A stretch of DNA of 64,000 nt, taken from positions 1,120,001 through 1,184,000 of the forward strand of contig OY970061.1 of NCBI GenBank assembly GCA_963705255.1, read 5' to 3'. A model generated the notes under the pieces. It was not told the origin of the DNA. It made no database searches and saw only the letters and a program-made list of their open reading frames with translations. Position numbers and translations under genes: made by a program. Source of the DNA: an uncultured Methanoregulaceae archaeon (lineage in GTDB: Archaea > Halobacteriota > Methanomicrobia > Methanomicrobiales > Methanospirillaceae). Below, one piece after another: positions 49,299 to 58,005 of this stretch; the first letter of the stretch is position 1; every line of letters starts with the position of its first letter.

Positions 49299-49775
49299 CT
49301 ACCGCTTCCGTGCTACCATCTCGATCTCGACATTTGCCCCTTTCGGCAGCCCTGCCACCTGTATGGTGGCCCGGGCCGGGTAGGTGTCGTTGAAGTATGT
49401 CCCGTAGATCCCGTTCACCGTTGTCCAGTCGCTCATGTTCGTAAGGTATATCCGCGTCTGGATAACATCGGGAAAACCGAGCCCGGATGCCGCAAGGACG
49501 GATTTCAGGTTCTCCATCGCCCGGGTGGTCTGCTCCCCGGCCGTACCGGACAGGTTGCCGGTCGCCGGGTCGATGCCGATCTGTCCCGACAGGAAAACAA
49601 GGTCCCCGGACTGCACGGCCTGGCTGTACGGCCCGATGGGTTTCGGTGCACTTTCCGTGAAGATTGCCCGAAGCCCCGGGCCTGCCGGGTGACTGACAAT
49701 CCCGGTGAGCAGGACGCCGGCCAGGAAACCGGCGGCAAATATCAGTACTATCAGCAATCCGTTTCTGGCATCCAT
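49299..49775 (-). CDS. RidA/YjgF family protein with an N-terminal hydrophobic segment
   Basis: APKPIGPYSQAV, FLSGQIG, N..YGTYF...YPAR, LPKGANVEIE. Confidence 0.88.
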   Translation of the reverse strand: MDARNGLLIVLIFAAGFLAGVLLTGIVSHPAGPGLRAIFTESAPKPIGPYSQAVQSGDLVFLSGQIGIDPATGNLSGTAGEQTTRAMENLKSVLAASGLGFPDVIQTRIYLTNMSDWTTVNGIYGTYFNDTYPARATIQVAGLPKGANVEIEMVARKR

Positions 49776-50123
49776 TCCGATCCATCCTCTTGCTGTACCC
49801 GTCTGCACCCATGCCACCATAAGCGTTCTGAAATGGATCTCCCCTCAAAAGAACCGGAGCGGCTATCAATGCGGGGGCGGGAGAGAACTCCCCCGGAAAC
49901 GGTTCTTGTCAGCCATTCCTGGAATATCCCCGTACCTGGACCGGCGGTGCGTTATCCCGGACCATCCGGGGGATACCCCGCACGGCCCCGGAGCATGAGG
50001 ACAAGGATGAGCCGGCAGCAAATTACCTGCCGAAGGGTCTCTCCTGCACCGGTAATATTCCCGGGACCAGGCGAAATATCCCCTATCCAAACCTTAATCG
50101 ACCCCGGCGCTGAGGATGCCTCC

Positions 50124-50639
50124 ATGTCCAGAATAGCAGTCATCATCACGGACATGTTCCAGGACGTGGAATACGAACGCCCGGCCGAGGTCTTCCGGAA
50201 AGCCGGCCATGAGCTCACCCTCGTCGGCCTCAGGGCCGGCGTCCAGGTAAAAGGCGAGCACGGGGCCGTCGCGAAGATCGGCAGGGCGGCACGAGATGTC
50301 TCGGCAAAGGATTTCGACGCCCTGTTCATCCCCGGCGGATACTCGCCCGACCGGCTCCGGGTCGACGAGGACGCGCTGCGGTTCACCCGGGAGTTCTTCG
50401 AGGATAAAAAACCGGTCTTTGCCATCTGCCACGCTGCCCAGCTCCTCATCACCGCCCAGGTGCTGAAGGGCCGGCGCGTGACGGGATGGAAATCCATTGT
50501 GCAGGATATCAAAAACGCTGGGGCCGAGTACGTGGACGCCGAAGTTGTCGTCGACCGGAATCTCGTCTCGAGCCGTAAGCCGGACGACATCCCCGCATTT
50601 GTCCGGGAATCGCTGAAGATGCTGGAGAAGAAGAAGTGA
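50124..50639 (+). CDS. pfpI: PfpI/DJ-1 family protease/deglycase
   Basis: FQDVEY, DALFIPGGYSPD.LR, AICHAAQ, VDRNLVSSR.PDD. Confidence 0.9.
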   Translation: MSRIAVIITDMFQDVEYERPAEVFRKAGHELTLVGLRAGVQVKGEHGAVAKIGRAARDVSAKDFDALFIPGGYSPDRLRVDEDALRFTREFFEDKKPVFAICHAAQLLITAQVLKGRRVTGWKSIVQDIKNAGAEYVDAEVVVDRNLVSSRKPDDIPAFVRESLKMLEKKK

Positions 50640-51193
50640 AATCCGGAACGGGTAAAAAAACACCAAAAAAAACGTCATCCCCTCACCAGAATCCATCTCA
50701 TGCCAGCCCGGACACTTCCGGCAGGCAGTTTCCGGTATTTTCTGCAAAAATCCTGTTTTTTACCCTTGCACAGGACCCCCTTTAATTTTCGTCCGAAATG
50801 GCACTCCGGTTTGTGCCGGGTTTCCCGACAGCCAAATCATTGTTCATCTTCCGGGTCCTGACAGAACCCCGCTAAATTGCACGGTTTTTTTCTGCGTAAA
50901 AAGGCGATTTTATCAAAATATCGATTTTAACGAAAAATTTTACCGGGCGTTGGCACCATTTCCACTGGAGGTTTATGCCTCCCGATCCGGCCTGAAACCG
51001 CTCCGTCGGAGAATAGATCCTGGGAGACGTACCGTCCGGGCGTTCTTCTTCCGAAGGAGGTACGCCACCTCTCCTGCTTAAATGTGACGAAGTGGATATT
51101 CAAGGTCTCTTATCCATCGATGGTTACGTTGGTATCCGGCATATGCTCCCGCCCGTGGTCTTCCCCGATTTTCAAGCAGTACATCCAAAAAAA

Positions 51194-51219
51194 TATAACT
51201 TATAGCACTATAGGTTATA
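51194..51219. promoter_or_regulatory. Near-perfect palindrome overlapping the promoter of the antitoxin gene, putative autoregulatory operator
   Basis: TATAACTTATAG-CA-CTATAGGTTATA (one mismatch), immediately before ATG 51222. Confidence 0.6.
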
Positions 51220-51221
51220 GC

Positions 51222-51518
51222 ATGCCATTGCAGCAGAAAGTCCCGGCCAGAAAACAATCCGGCCGGATAACAAACAAGAAATCCCCTGTTACTACAAAAC
51301 CCGAAACCCCCCGCACGACTACCATCCAGATATCAGGGGCCACCAAGAGCGACCTGGACCGGGTAAAACGCGAAGCGGAAGCATCGACCTATGAGGACGC
51401 AATCCGGTTCCTGCTGCACGAACGGAAGAAACACCGCCCCTCGACCTTCGGACTGCTCGCGGGCGGGGCATCGTTCGTCCGTGACGAGGAGGAGGATTCC
51501 TATCGGGTACGTCATTGA
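51222..51518 (+). CDS. Putative VapB-type (RHH-like) antitoxin
   Basis: TTTIQIS..TKSDLDRVK....STYEDAIRFLL...STFGLL; overlaps the PIN gene. Confidence 0.7.
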   Translation: MPLQQKVPARKQSGRITNKKSPVTTKPETPRTTTIQISGATKSDLDRVKREAEASTYEDAIRFLLHERKKHRPSTFGLLAGGASFVRDEEEDSYRVRH

Positions 51519-51873
51519 TACGTGGGTCTGGGTGGAATACTGGCTGGGGAACGAAGCGATGAGAGAGTGGATCGAAGGCCAATCTCCCATATTCACCTCC
51601 ACGATCACGCTTGCAGAAACCGTCCGGTATTTTCTGGCCAGCGGAAAGGATGAGGCAACAATCCGTCTCTGTCTCGATGATATCCGGGCACGGAGTACGG
51701 TGGTTCCGGTGGATGAGACCATCGCGATTGCTGCAGGGCAGCTGAAAAAAAGGGAAGTGGCGGGAATCGCGGACTCAATCATTCTCGCCACCGCACGGGC
51801 CGGCGATCACAAAGTCGTGACCGGTGACCCGCATTTCAAGGAGATCCCGGACGCGGTATATCTCGGTCCGTGA
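51481..51873 (+). CDS. vapC: PIN-domain VapC toxin
   Basis: YVIDTWVWVEY, TITLAE, GIADSIILATA, VVTGDPHF acidic PIN motifs; start uncertain (GTG 51481). Confidence 0.88.
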   Translation: MTRRRIPIGYVIDTWVWVEYWLGNEAMREWIEGQSPIFTSTITLAETVRYFLASGKDEATIRLCLDDIRARSTVVPVDETIAIAAGQLKKREVAGIADSIILATARAGDHKVVTGDPHFKEIPDAVYLGP

Positions 51874-51989
51874 CCGGGCCAACCGGTATCTCTGTTTTCC
51901 GGGACCTCCCCGCGATGCTCTGGCGTGTGCATGCGAAAAAGCGGCTAACCGCGCCATTCTGCTTTTCCGGGCGGGGGTTGGTCCCAGCT

Positions 51990-52262
51990 GAGGGGGGTAG
52001 GGGATACAACCCCCCCTCCATTATTTTTTCCGGAGGGGGGTAACCCCCCCATCGTTTTATTTTCAAATCGCGTCGACCCCCCCCCCCCTTACCAGAATTG
52101 GGAACCCCCGAAAATCTGCGGCTTTATCTGTAACTCCATGCGCAATACTGCCCGGTCACTTGCGCAAAAGAGGGGCTTACTCAAATCCGGGGAGGGGGGT
52201 CAGCGGTCGACCCCCCCCCTCCGTTTTATTTTCAAGAGGGGGTGACCCCCCCCCATCCCCTA
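51990..52262. repeat. Composite G/C-run palindromic element with duplicated motifs
   Basis: CGTTTTATTTTCAA twice (~52053, ~52223), GTCGACCCCCCCCCC twice, GAGGGGGG-T(A/G)A-CCCCCCC hairpins twice. Confidence 0.6.
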
Positions 52263-52444
52263 CTGGTTTTTTAGAATGGACGAATGGATAATTCCGGAAA
52301 GTATTGAGTTATGATTTTTTAAGATTGTTTGATGATCAAAAAGAAATCTTGAAGAAGAGCAATACGTAATATGGAGTTAATGATAAATAATTGAATATTG
52401 GTATAACTATCTGATATTGAATTTGGAAAAATTTACTGATAAAA

Positions 52445-53569
52445 ATGGCTAATCCAGTAAAGAAATTAAAAATTGAAGATTTGATTACAAATTTGTACGA
52501 AAATTCCAACTCTGATACTTTACTTTTTAAAAATATTGATAATATTTTAAGTCGTGATAAGGGAGTGAAAATTAATGGTCTATTACTTACTTCGAAAGAG
52601 GATATTATCAAAATTTTTGATTCATATAAATTCTTTGATTTTAGTTGGAAATACAAATCGCTTGGAAGCGATATCTATCACTTCACCTTGACAAAAAAAG
52701 TAAAAAAAGACAATTCATTAATCCAAGGGGATTTCCTTCTATTCAAATATAAACCTCAAAATAACATTTATCTCGTGATAACCCACGGAAATTATCATTT
52801 CTTTAAAAATGGACTTATTCGTTTATTGAATAAATTCTACCCATTAATTTCTAGACCTTATATTGATACAGCATTTATGCGGTTGTTGTTGGAAACCTAC
52901 GAATCAAAATTAAAAAATGAAAAAATTTGGATAACTCGGTGCGTTACAAAAAAAATAATTGGCTCCGACATTCATTACACAGATTTGCCTTTTCGTGATG
53001 TATTTGATAAAGTTTTAGAGAATGAAGAATGGGTTAAAAGTATTGATTTTAACTTAGTATTTCAGTCTTCTAAAGACACCATTTATTCAGAACAACCTTT
53101 AATGGATCATAAATTCTTCAAATTATTCCGAGATACACGTTTTCAATGCAATTACGATTTCACAATTTTCTACCAAAGATTAATTGAAGGAATGGCAAAT
53201 AAGGCTGCTGAGTCATTCGAATTATTTGATAAACGAGAAAGAATTAAAGAAGAAAATTTTACCACAAAACCGCTCGCTATTGTTTATGACATTAGTGTCT
53301 TTAAAGATAAAAATCAAAATAAAATATTAATCAATGCTCTGAAAAAAATTAAAAATTCTTCGGTTTCTGTTCTTCACGCGAATCCCTATCTCCATGTTTC
53401 TTATGTTGATTATAACGATGGCTCTTCTTGCGATATTTGGGTTCTTTCAGAAAATAAAATTTCAATTATTCCTCAAATTCGTTCAACCCCCGCCGCATTA
53501 GAACGATTATGTGAAAATATTTTCACAGGATTTCGGGAAGGTATCGTAAAGGATGTCAGGAGTCAATGA
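52445..53569 (+). CDS. Hypothetical protein (374 aa), gene A of an AT-rich two-gene unit
   Basis: Long intact AT-rich ORF; C-terminal SVLHANPYLHVSYVDYNDGSSCDIWV...IIPQ...ALERLC..IF..FREG; no family confidently recognised. Confidence 0.8.
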   Translation: MANPVKKLKIEDLITNLYENSNSDTLLFKNIDNILSRDKGVKINGLLLTSKEDIIKIFDSYKFFDFSWKYKSLGSDIYHFTLTKKVKKDNSLIQGDFLLFKYKPQNNIYLVITHGNYHFFKNGLIRLLNKFYPLISRPYIDTAFMRLLLETYESKLKNEKIWITRCVTKKIIGSDIHYTDLPFRDVFDKVLENEEWVKSIDFNLVFQSSKDTIYSEQPLMDHKFFKLFRDTRFQCNYDFTIFYQRLIEGMANKAAESFELFDKRERIKEENFTTKPLAIVYDISVFKDKNQNKILINALKKIKNSSVSVLHANPYLHVSYVDYNDGSSCDIWVLSENKISIIPQIRSTPAALERLCENIFTGFREGIVKDVRSQ

Positions 53570-54609
53570 TGGCAACTGATGGAGTTCAGCGGTTAAAAGA
53601 TGAATCAGATAATTATGAACAAACAGTAATAGCCATAATTTCATTTGCACATCTTTTGCGTTATGATGATTCCCCAAAGAACTATCTTCCAGATTCAGTT
53701 TTTTTCATTGGAAGAAAAATGGACACATCCCCAAATAACCGGATAAATCCAAATTCTTTTGCGACACCTGATCTTATTCTTCAAATAAGTCCGAAATATG
53801 GAATTGTTGGGGAAGTGAAAAAATCCTTGCCCCAAAATAAAGAATTTTGGAAAAAATATTTTAGACAACTCCAAAAATACGATGATGATTTAAAGGGATG
53901 GAAAACCCCAAATGAGAAGATACAAAAAATGGATCTTGTCTTTTTAACGGATTATCTTCTTAAATCTGAAGTACTAGAATACATTAAACTAAAAATTCAA
54001 ACTGGTGAATTTAAAACAAATAATAATTTTTGTGTTGTCACTTTTATGAGATTACATGAATCTGAAGAAAAGTTTACTTTTGAAAATATTAGCGGAAAAT
54101 TCTCCGATATGTACGCCAATGAAATTTTAAAAATTGGTACACCGAGAGCAATGCCTCTTGAAGATGTTATGAATTATAATAAAAATTTCACAGTGAAATT
54201 TTACGATTCTCCCCCTCCTTTGCCGTATATGATGATGGTATTATGGGACAATATTTTTCCCAGTATTAAGACCATTGAACAATACATTGATGAGAAAGGA
54301 AAAAAACGACAAAAATTTGAAGTCAATATTGATTTTTTAACCAATGAGTTAAGGGAGAAATTTTCTCACAATGCGAATCATGATTCTCGACAAAAGAAAA
54401 TTCCAGAAAAAGATTGGGTTAAAAAGGCGATGGATGAATTTGTAAGATTAGGATATGCCGAAACTAAAATTGATGATAAAAACAGTTACATTGTAAAAAA
54501 GCGACTAATAAAAGAACCGTTGGAAAGATTTTGTAAAGACGTTGAAAAAGGACGTTCTTTAAAACTTGGAACAATTCAAAAAACTCTAGAAAAATGGACT
54601 GAAAATTAG
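53566..54609 (+). CDS. Putative PD-(D/E)xK nuclease (347 aa), gene B of the AT-rich two-gene unit
   Basis: TPDLILQ...IVGEVKKS...FRQLQKYD (PD...ExK plus QxxxY); ATGA overlap with gene A. Confidence 0.68.
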   Translation: MMATDGVQRLKDESDNYEQTVIAIISFAHLLRYDDSPKNYLPDSVFFIGRKMDTSPNNRINPNSFATPDLILQISPKYGIVGEVKKSLPQNKEFWKKYFRQLQKYDDDLKGWKTPNEKIQKMDLVFLTDYLLKSEVLEYIKLKIQTGEFKTNNNFCVVTFMRLHESEEKFTFENISGKFSDMYANEILKIGTPRAMPLEDVMNYNKNFTVKFYDSPPPLPYMMMVLWDNIFPSIKTIEQYIDEKGKKRQKFEVNIDFLTNELREKFSHNANHDSRQKKIPEKDWVKKAMDEFVRLGYAETKIDDKNSYIVKKRLIKEPLERFCKDVEKGRSLKLGTIQKTLEKWTEN

Positions 54610-54652
54610 TTGAATTTTTATCACTTCATCACAAAGAGAAGTAATAAAAAGA

Positions 54653-54844
54653 TTACTCACCCTTCACAACCCTGACGCCATCGATCTTGATATAGCGCCG
54701 TTTCAGGTTGTGCTTGCTGCCGATCACGGCAAAGGTGCGCTCCTTCGCCTGGTTCTCGTTGGGTGCCTCGATCACTTTCGTGTACGGCATCCAGTCCTCG
54801 CCCATCCGGAAGGTTCCTTTCACTTCAAACTTCTGATCTGCCAA
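54653..54844 (-). CDS. rplX: 50S ribosomal protein LX (L18Ae/L20A)
   Basis: FEVKGTF, YTKVIEA.NE..AKERTF..IGSKH.LKRRYI.I; TTG start after GGAGTGA. Confidence 0.92.
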   Translation of the reverse strand: MADQKFEVKGTFRMGEDWMPYTKVIEAPNENQAKERTFAVIGSKHNLKRRYIKIDGVRVVKGE

Positions 54845-54849
54845 TGTAA

Positions 54850-55512
54850 TCACTCCAAAAATCCAAATACGTCCTCAATCCTGCCCAGTTCAAATCCGCT
54901 CGTCGCGTTGCCGGCGATGTAGCCTGACTCGTTCACGAGGAGGCCGGTGCCCACGAGCCCGCTGCCCATGTTGACCGAGCCCGTCCCGACCGGGACTTTT
55001 GCTACCTGCTCGAGCCGTGCGATCTGCTGCTCGGTTGCCCGGGGGTGCACGATCACGCCCTTGTTGGTCGCGACTCCTGCCATCCCCACGGTCTTGACGC
55101 CGCCGAGCACGAGCGTGATCACCTCGACCCCGAGGAACTCGCCGATCGCGTGCATCATGTCCGTGGGCATGTCCGGGTGGACTGCGGCAAAGCTGTCGTT
55201 CGCCATGATCACGTTGCCCGCGGCGTTCATCGACTCGTGGAGCAGCAGCACCTCGCGGTGCTCCGCCAGGATATCGACCTCGTCTTCGGTTGCCAGCCCC
55301 GAGACAACGAGGCCCCGGCTGTTGCCGGCAACGAGCGAGCCGATGATGGTGCTTCCCTGGATGGTGGTCTCGACCAGCTCCACGTTGAGAGCCGCCTTCA
55401 CTGCCGCCCTGAAATCATCCGTTGACTCCGGGGGGATGATGGCGATGTCCCCGAGCACCCGGGCAAAGACCCCGATGTTCGGATCGCCGGCGAACGTGAT
55501 CGTCCTGTCCAT
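54850..55512 (-). CDS. eif6: Translation initiation factor 6
   Basis: [58 protein letters not shown]. Confidence 0.95.
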   Translation of the reverse strand: MDRTITFAGDPNIGVFARVLGDIAIIPPESTDDFRAAVKAALNVELVETTIQGSTIIGSLVAGNSRGLVVSGLATEDEVDILAEHREVLLLHESMNAAGNVIMANDSFAAVHPDMPTDMMHAIGEFLGVEVITLVLGGVKTVGMAGVATNKGVIVHPRATEQQIARLEQVAKVPVGTGSVNMGSGLVGTGLLVNESGYIAGNATSGFELGRIEDVFGFLE

Positions 55513-55513
55513 C

Positions 55514-55780
55514 TTACGATTCCGGTGCAAGTTCTGCCTGAACCTGCCCGTCCTCCATCTTCATGGCCCGGACCCGGATCTTGGACGGCGGCTTCTGGCT
55601 GCCCCGTGCCCAGACCTTCTCGTTGATGCCCTGGTCGATCTTGACGTCCTCGCTCTTCATGTGCTTGGCGAGGTACTTCCTGATGTCCTTGATAGCGCCG
55701 TTGGACCGCTTCCAGCGGGGCATCCGCCGTGCCTCACGCAGGGGGATGATATAGATGTGCTCTTCCATCTTCTCTGCCAT
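55514..55780 (-). CDS. rpl31e: 50S ribosomal protein L31e
   Basis: IYIIPLR, KR...[28 protein letters not shown]. Confidence 0.95.
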   Translation of the reverse strand: MAEKMEEHIYIIPLREARRMPRWKRSNGAIKDIRKYLAKHMKSEDVKIDQGINEKVWARGSQKPPSKIRVRAMKMEDGQVQAELAPES

Positions 55781-55783
55781 AGC

Positions 55784-55936
55784 TCACACCTTCAGCGTGC
55801 TCTTGCGCCAGTTGCGCCTTTTCGGGTGCGCAACTACCGAACGCTTGGTCCTGACCATAACCCACTGGGGCACGCGCCGGTTCTGGTCGCACGCCTTTGC
55901 AAGCCGGATTTTCCTGCCTTTGCTTAGTCTGCTCAT
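55784..55936 (-). CDS. rpl39e: 50S ribosomal protein L39e
   Basis: [17 protein letters not shown]...HPKRRNWR. Confidence 0.95.
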   Translation of the reverse strand: MSRLSKGRKIRLAKACDQNRRVPQWVMVRTKRSVVAHPKRRNWRKSTLKV

Positions 55937-55953
55937 CTTCTTCACCTTGGTAA

Positions 55954-56541
55954 TTATCCTTTCCTGCCCACCACGAGCGATTGTTCGTGGTGCTCCGGGA
56001 ACAGGGGGGCATAGTCCAGCCCGCGGGCCCGGAACGCCTCCCTGATCTCTGCTTCGTAGTCGCCGTTCCGGATCGTCCCCGTTTCCCCATACTCTACGAT
56101 GAGAAACCGGTCTGAAAGCCGGTCGACTTCCGCCCTGACATAGCCGAGCAGGGGCCGCACGTACGAACACCCTGTCCTGCTGCCGAGGCTCTGGACCGCA
56201 TCGCGGGTGAGCATCGGGACCCGGTCATCAAACCGTGTGCCGTCCCCGACCACGTCATACTCACCCGCAAGCGTTTCCACGGCGGCCTGGTGCACGCGGT
56301 TGATGGCATCGTTCGGATACCCCTTCTCCATGACCAGGTCCACCATTTTGTTCAGCAATCCTTTCTCAAATACTCGTTTCCTGTGGGGAAACCCCAGCGC
56401 TTCTGCCGCAGCCTCGACCATCGGGATCCGGCGGGACGGGTCGAACACGAACGTGTTGAGTTCGACCTCATAATACGTACCCAGCATGATGGATGCAAGG
56501 GAACTGTCCTTTCCGCCGCTGTACAGCACTCCGGCTTTCAT
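55954..56541 (-). CDS. Conserved archaeal PP-loop (adenine nucleotide alpha hydrolase) protein
   Basis: [35 protein letters not shown]; conserved position between PDCD5 and rpl39e. Confidence 0.85.
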   Translation of the reverse strand: MKAGVLYSGGKDSSLASIMLGTYYEVELNTFVFDPSRRIPMVEAAAEALGFPHRKRVFEKGLLNKMVDLVMEKGYPNDAINRVHQAAVETLAGEYDVVGDGTRFDDRVPMLTRDAVQSLGSRTGCSYVRPLLGYVRAEVDRLSDRFLIVEYGETGTIRNGDYEAEIREAFRARGLDYAPLFPEHHEQSLVVGRKG

Positions 56542-56879
56542 TATTTCCGTGTTATGGAGTAATCCCGTTTGGCGGGCGCGAGCTGCCTGAGCAGCTCCTT
56601 GAACTGTGCATCAGTGATCTTCTTCTGCAGCCGTCCGCTCTGTGCGAGCGCGATGAGCTGCTGCTCGACCGCGCTGGCGAAATCCGGCTTGGTGAGCTTG
56701 ATGGTATTCAGGCGTTCCCGTGCATCCGGCTCGAGGATCTGCATGAGTATCATCTGGATCTGGGATTTCTGGCGCTTCTGGCGTTCGAGCTCTTCCTGCA
56801 TCGACTGCTGATCGCCAGCCTGCTGCTGCAGCTGCGCCATCCTGCGTTTGCGGAGTTCGTTAAGCTCGTCGTCTCCCAT
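56541..56879 (-). CDS. PDCD5-family DNA-binding protein
   Basis: [42 protein letters not shown]. Confidence 0.93.
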   Translation of the reverse strand: MGDDELNELRKRRMAQLQQQAGDQQSMQEELERQKRQKSQIQMILMQILEPDARERLNTIKLTKPDFASAVEQQLIALAQSGRLQKKITDAQFKELLRQLAPAKRDYSITRK

Positions 56880-56888
56880 ACTGCTGCC

Positions 56889-57500
56889 TCACTTGGCTGC
56901 TTCAGGTTTTTCAGCTTTCTTGCCTTCAGCCTTCTCTTTCTTGGCTGCCGGCTTCTTCTCTGCCTTGGCACCCTCGGCGCCTTCGGCTGCCTTCTCGCCG
57001 CCCTTCTTCTTGCCTTCCTTCCTGCCGTCGGCCTTCTTGGGCTCCTCGGCAACCGGCTTGGCACGCTTCGGGACGGGCGGTGGCGGGGTCATCTTCACTT
57101 CCTGTGCCATGGCATCGAGGAAGGCCATACCTGCAGGCGAGACTTTCCGGCCGGTCTTGTCGTGGACAAGGAGCCCTGCTGCCTCCAGCTGCTGGACAGA
57201 CTTGCGCAGGATCGACCCGCTGCCCTTGCGGAACGCGTTGGGCCTGGAGCCGCGGTTCTTGTTACCGCCGTAAAAGCTTCGCATCCTCTCGACACCCAGA
57301 GGGCCGTCGACATAGATGCGCCTCAACACTGCTGCTACCCGGATGAACCACCAGTCGGGGTCTTCCGGGGGCATCTCTTTGTGCACCCCGGTCTTTGCAA
57401 AGGCGGCCCAGGCGGGTGGAGTGATCTCCTTCCGCTTCTTGAGCTCCTCGGCAACCCTCCGGATGATGTGGTCAGCGGGGACATCGTATACTGTTGTCAT
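56889..57500 (-). CDS. rps19e: 30S ribosomal protein S19e with a Lys/Ala/Glu-rich C-terminal extension
   Basis: TVYDVPAD, PAWA.FAKTG..KE.PP...DWW..R.AA.LR, GSGSILRK.VQQLE. Confidence 0.95.
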   Translation of the reverse strand: MTTVYDVPADHIIRRVAEELKKRKEITPPAWAAFAKTGVHKEMPPEDPDWWFIRVAAVLRRIYVDGPLGVERMRSFYGGNKNRGSRPNAFRKGSGSILRKSVQQLEAAGLLVHDKTGRKVSPAGMAFLDAMAQEVKMTPPPPVPKRAKPVAEEPKKADGRKEGKKKGGEKAAEGAEGAKAEKKPAAKKEKAEGKKAEKPEAAK

Positions 57501-57735
57501 CTACTACCTCACTGTTGAATAATGAAATAACAGTCTTATGTTATTTGTGAGGAAGGTTCTTATATATTTCCAAGATCCAACCGTCGCGGAAGCGAGGGAT
57601 GGATGGAGAAAAATTCATCAGAATTCTTCGACAGGGATGAGATCGACGGATCGGGGGAAAGGTCAATCATCCTGATTCGAGATCAATTAAATCAGGCTCC
57701 ATCAATAATATCTTCTTTTAAAAATTCTTGTGAGG

Positions 57736-57980
57736 GCCCCCCGCCTCAGGGCCCCTTCGGGGCACGGCGGGGCAGATTACCCAATTTGCCACGAATCAAA
57801 CCGTTAGGGAACGTCTCCACCGGGGATTATTCCCCATGCTCTCATCCGTTGCGAGTGGGGATGTCCTGAGGGACAATGTCCCGAGGGATTGAAGAAATCA
57901 TCGAAGATGATTTCGTATGCTTGCCCATCCCCACGAGCCGTTATCACAATTTGGGGGTATGGGGGCATCAGCCCCCATCA
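57736..57980. repeat. Intergenic cluster of GC-rich hairpin elements
   Basis: CCCCGCC...GCCCC-TTC-GGGGC...GGCGGGG bulged hairpin (57739-57772); ATGGGGGC-ATCA-GCCCCCAT preceded by TATCACAATTTGGGGGT (~57942-57978). Confidence 0.55.
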
Positions 57981-58005
57981 AAATAATTAGCCAATTCAAG
58001 ATATC

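Noticed and set aside
49200-50123. 479-aa ORF suggesting a long N-terminal extension on PfpI
   Set aside because: The upstream part is the antisense of RidA plus intergenic DNA; the real start is ATG 50124 after GAGG.
52336-52656. 106-aa minus-strand ORF in the AT-rich unit
   Set aside because: Antisense overlap with the 374-aa gene and a composition typical of a shadow frame.
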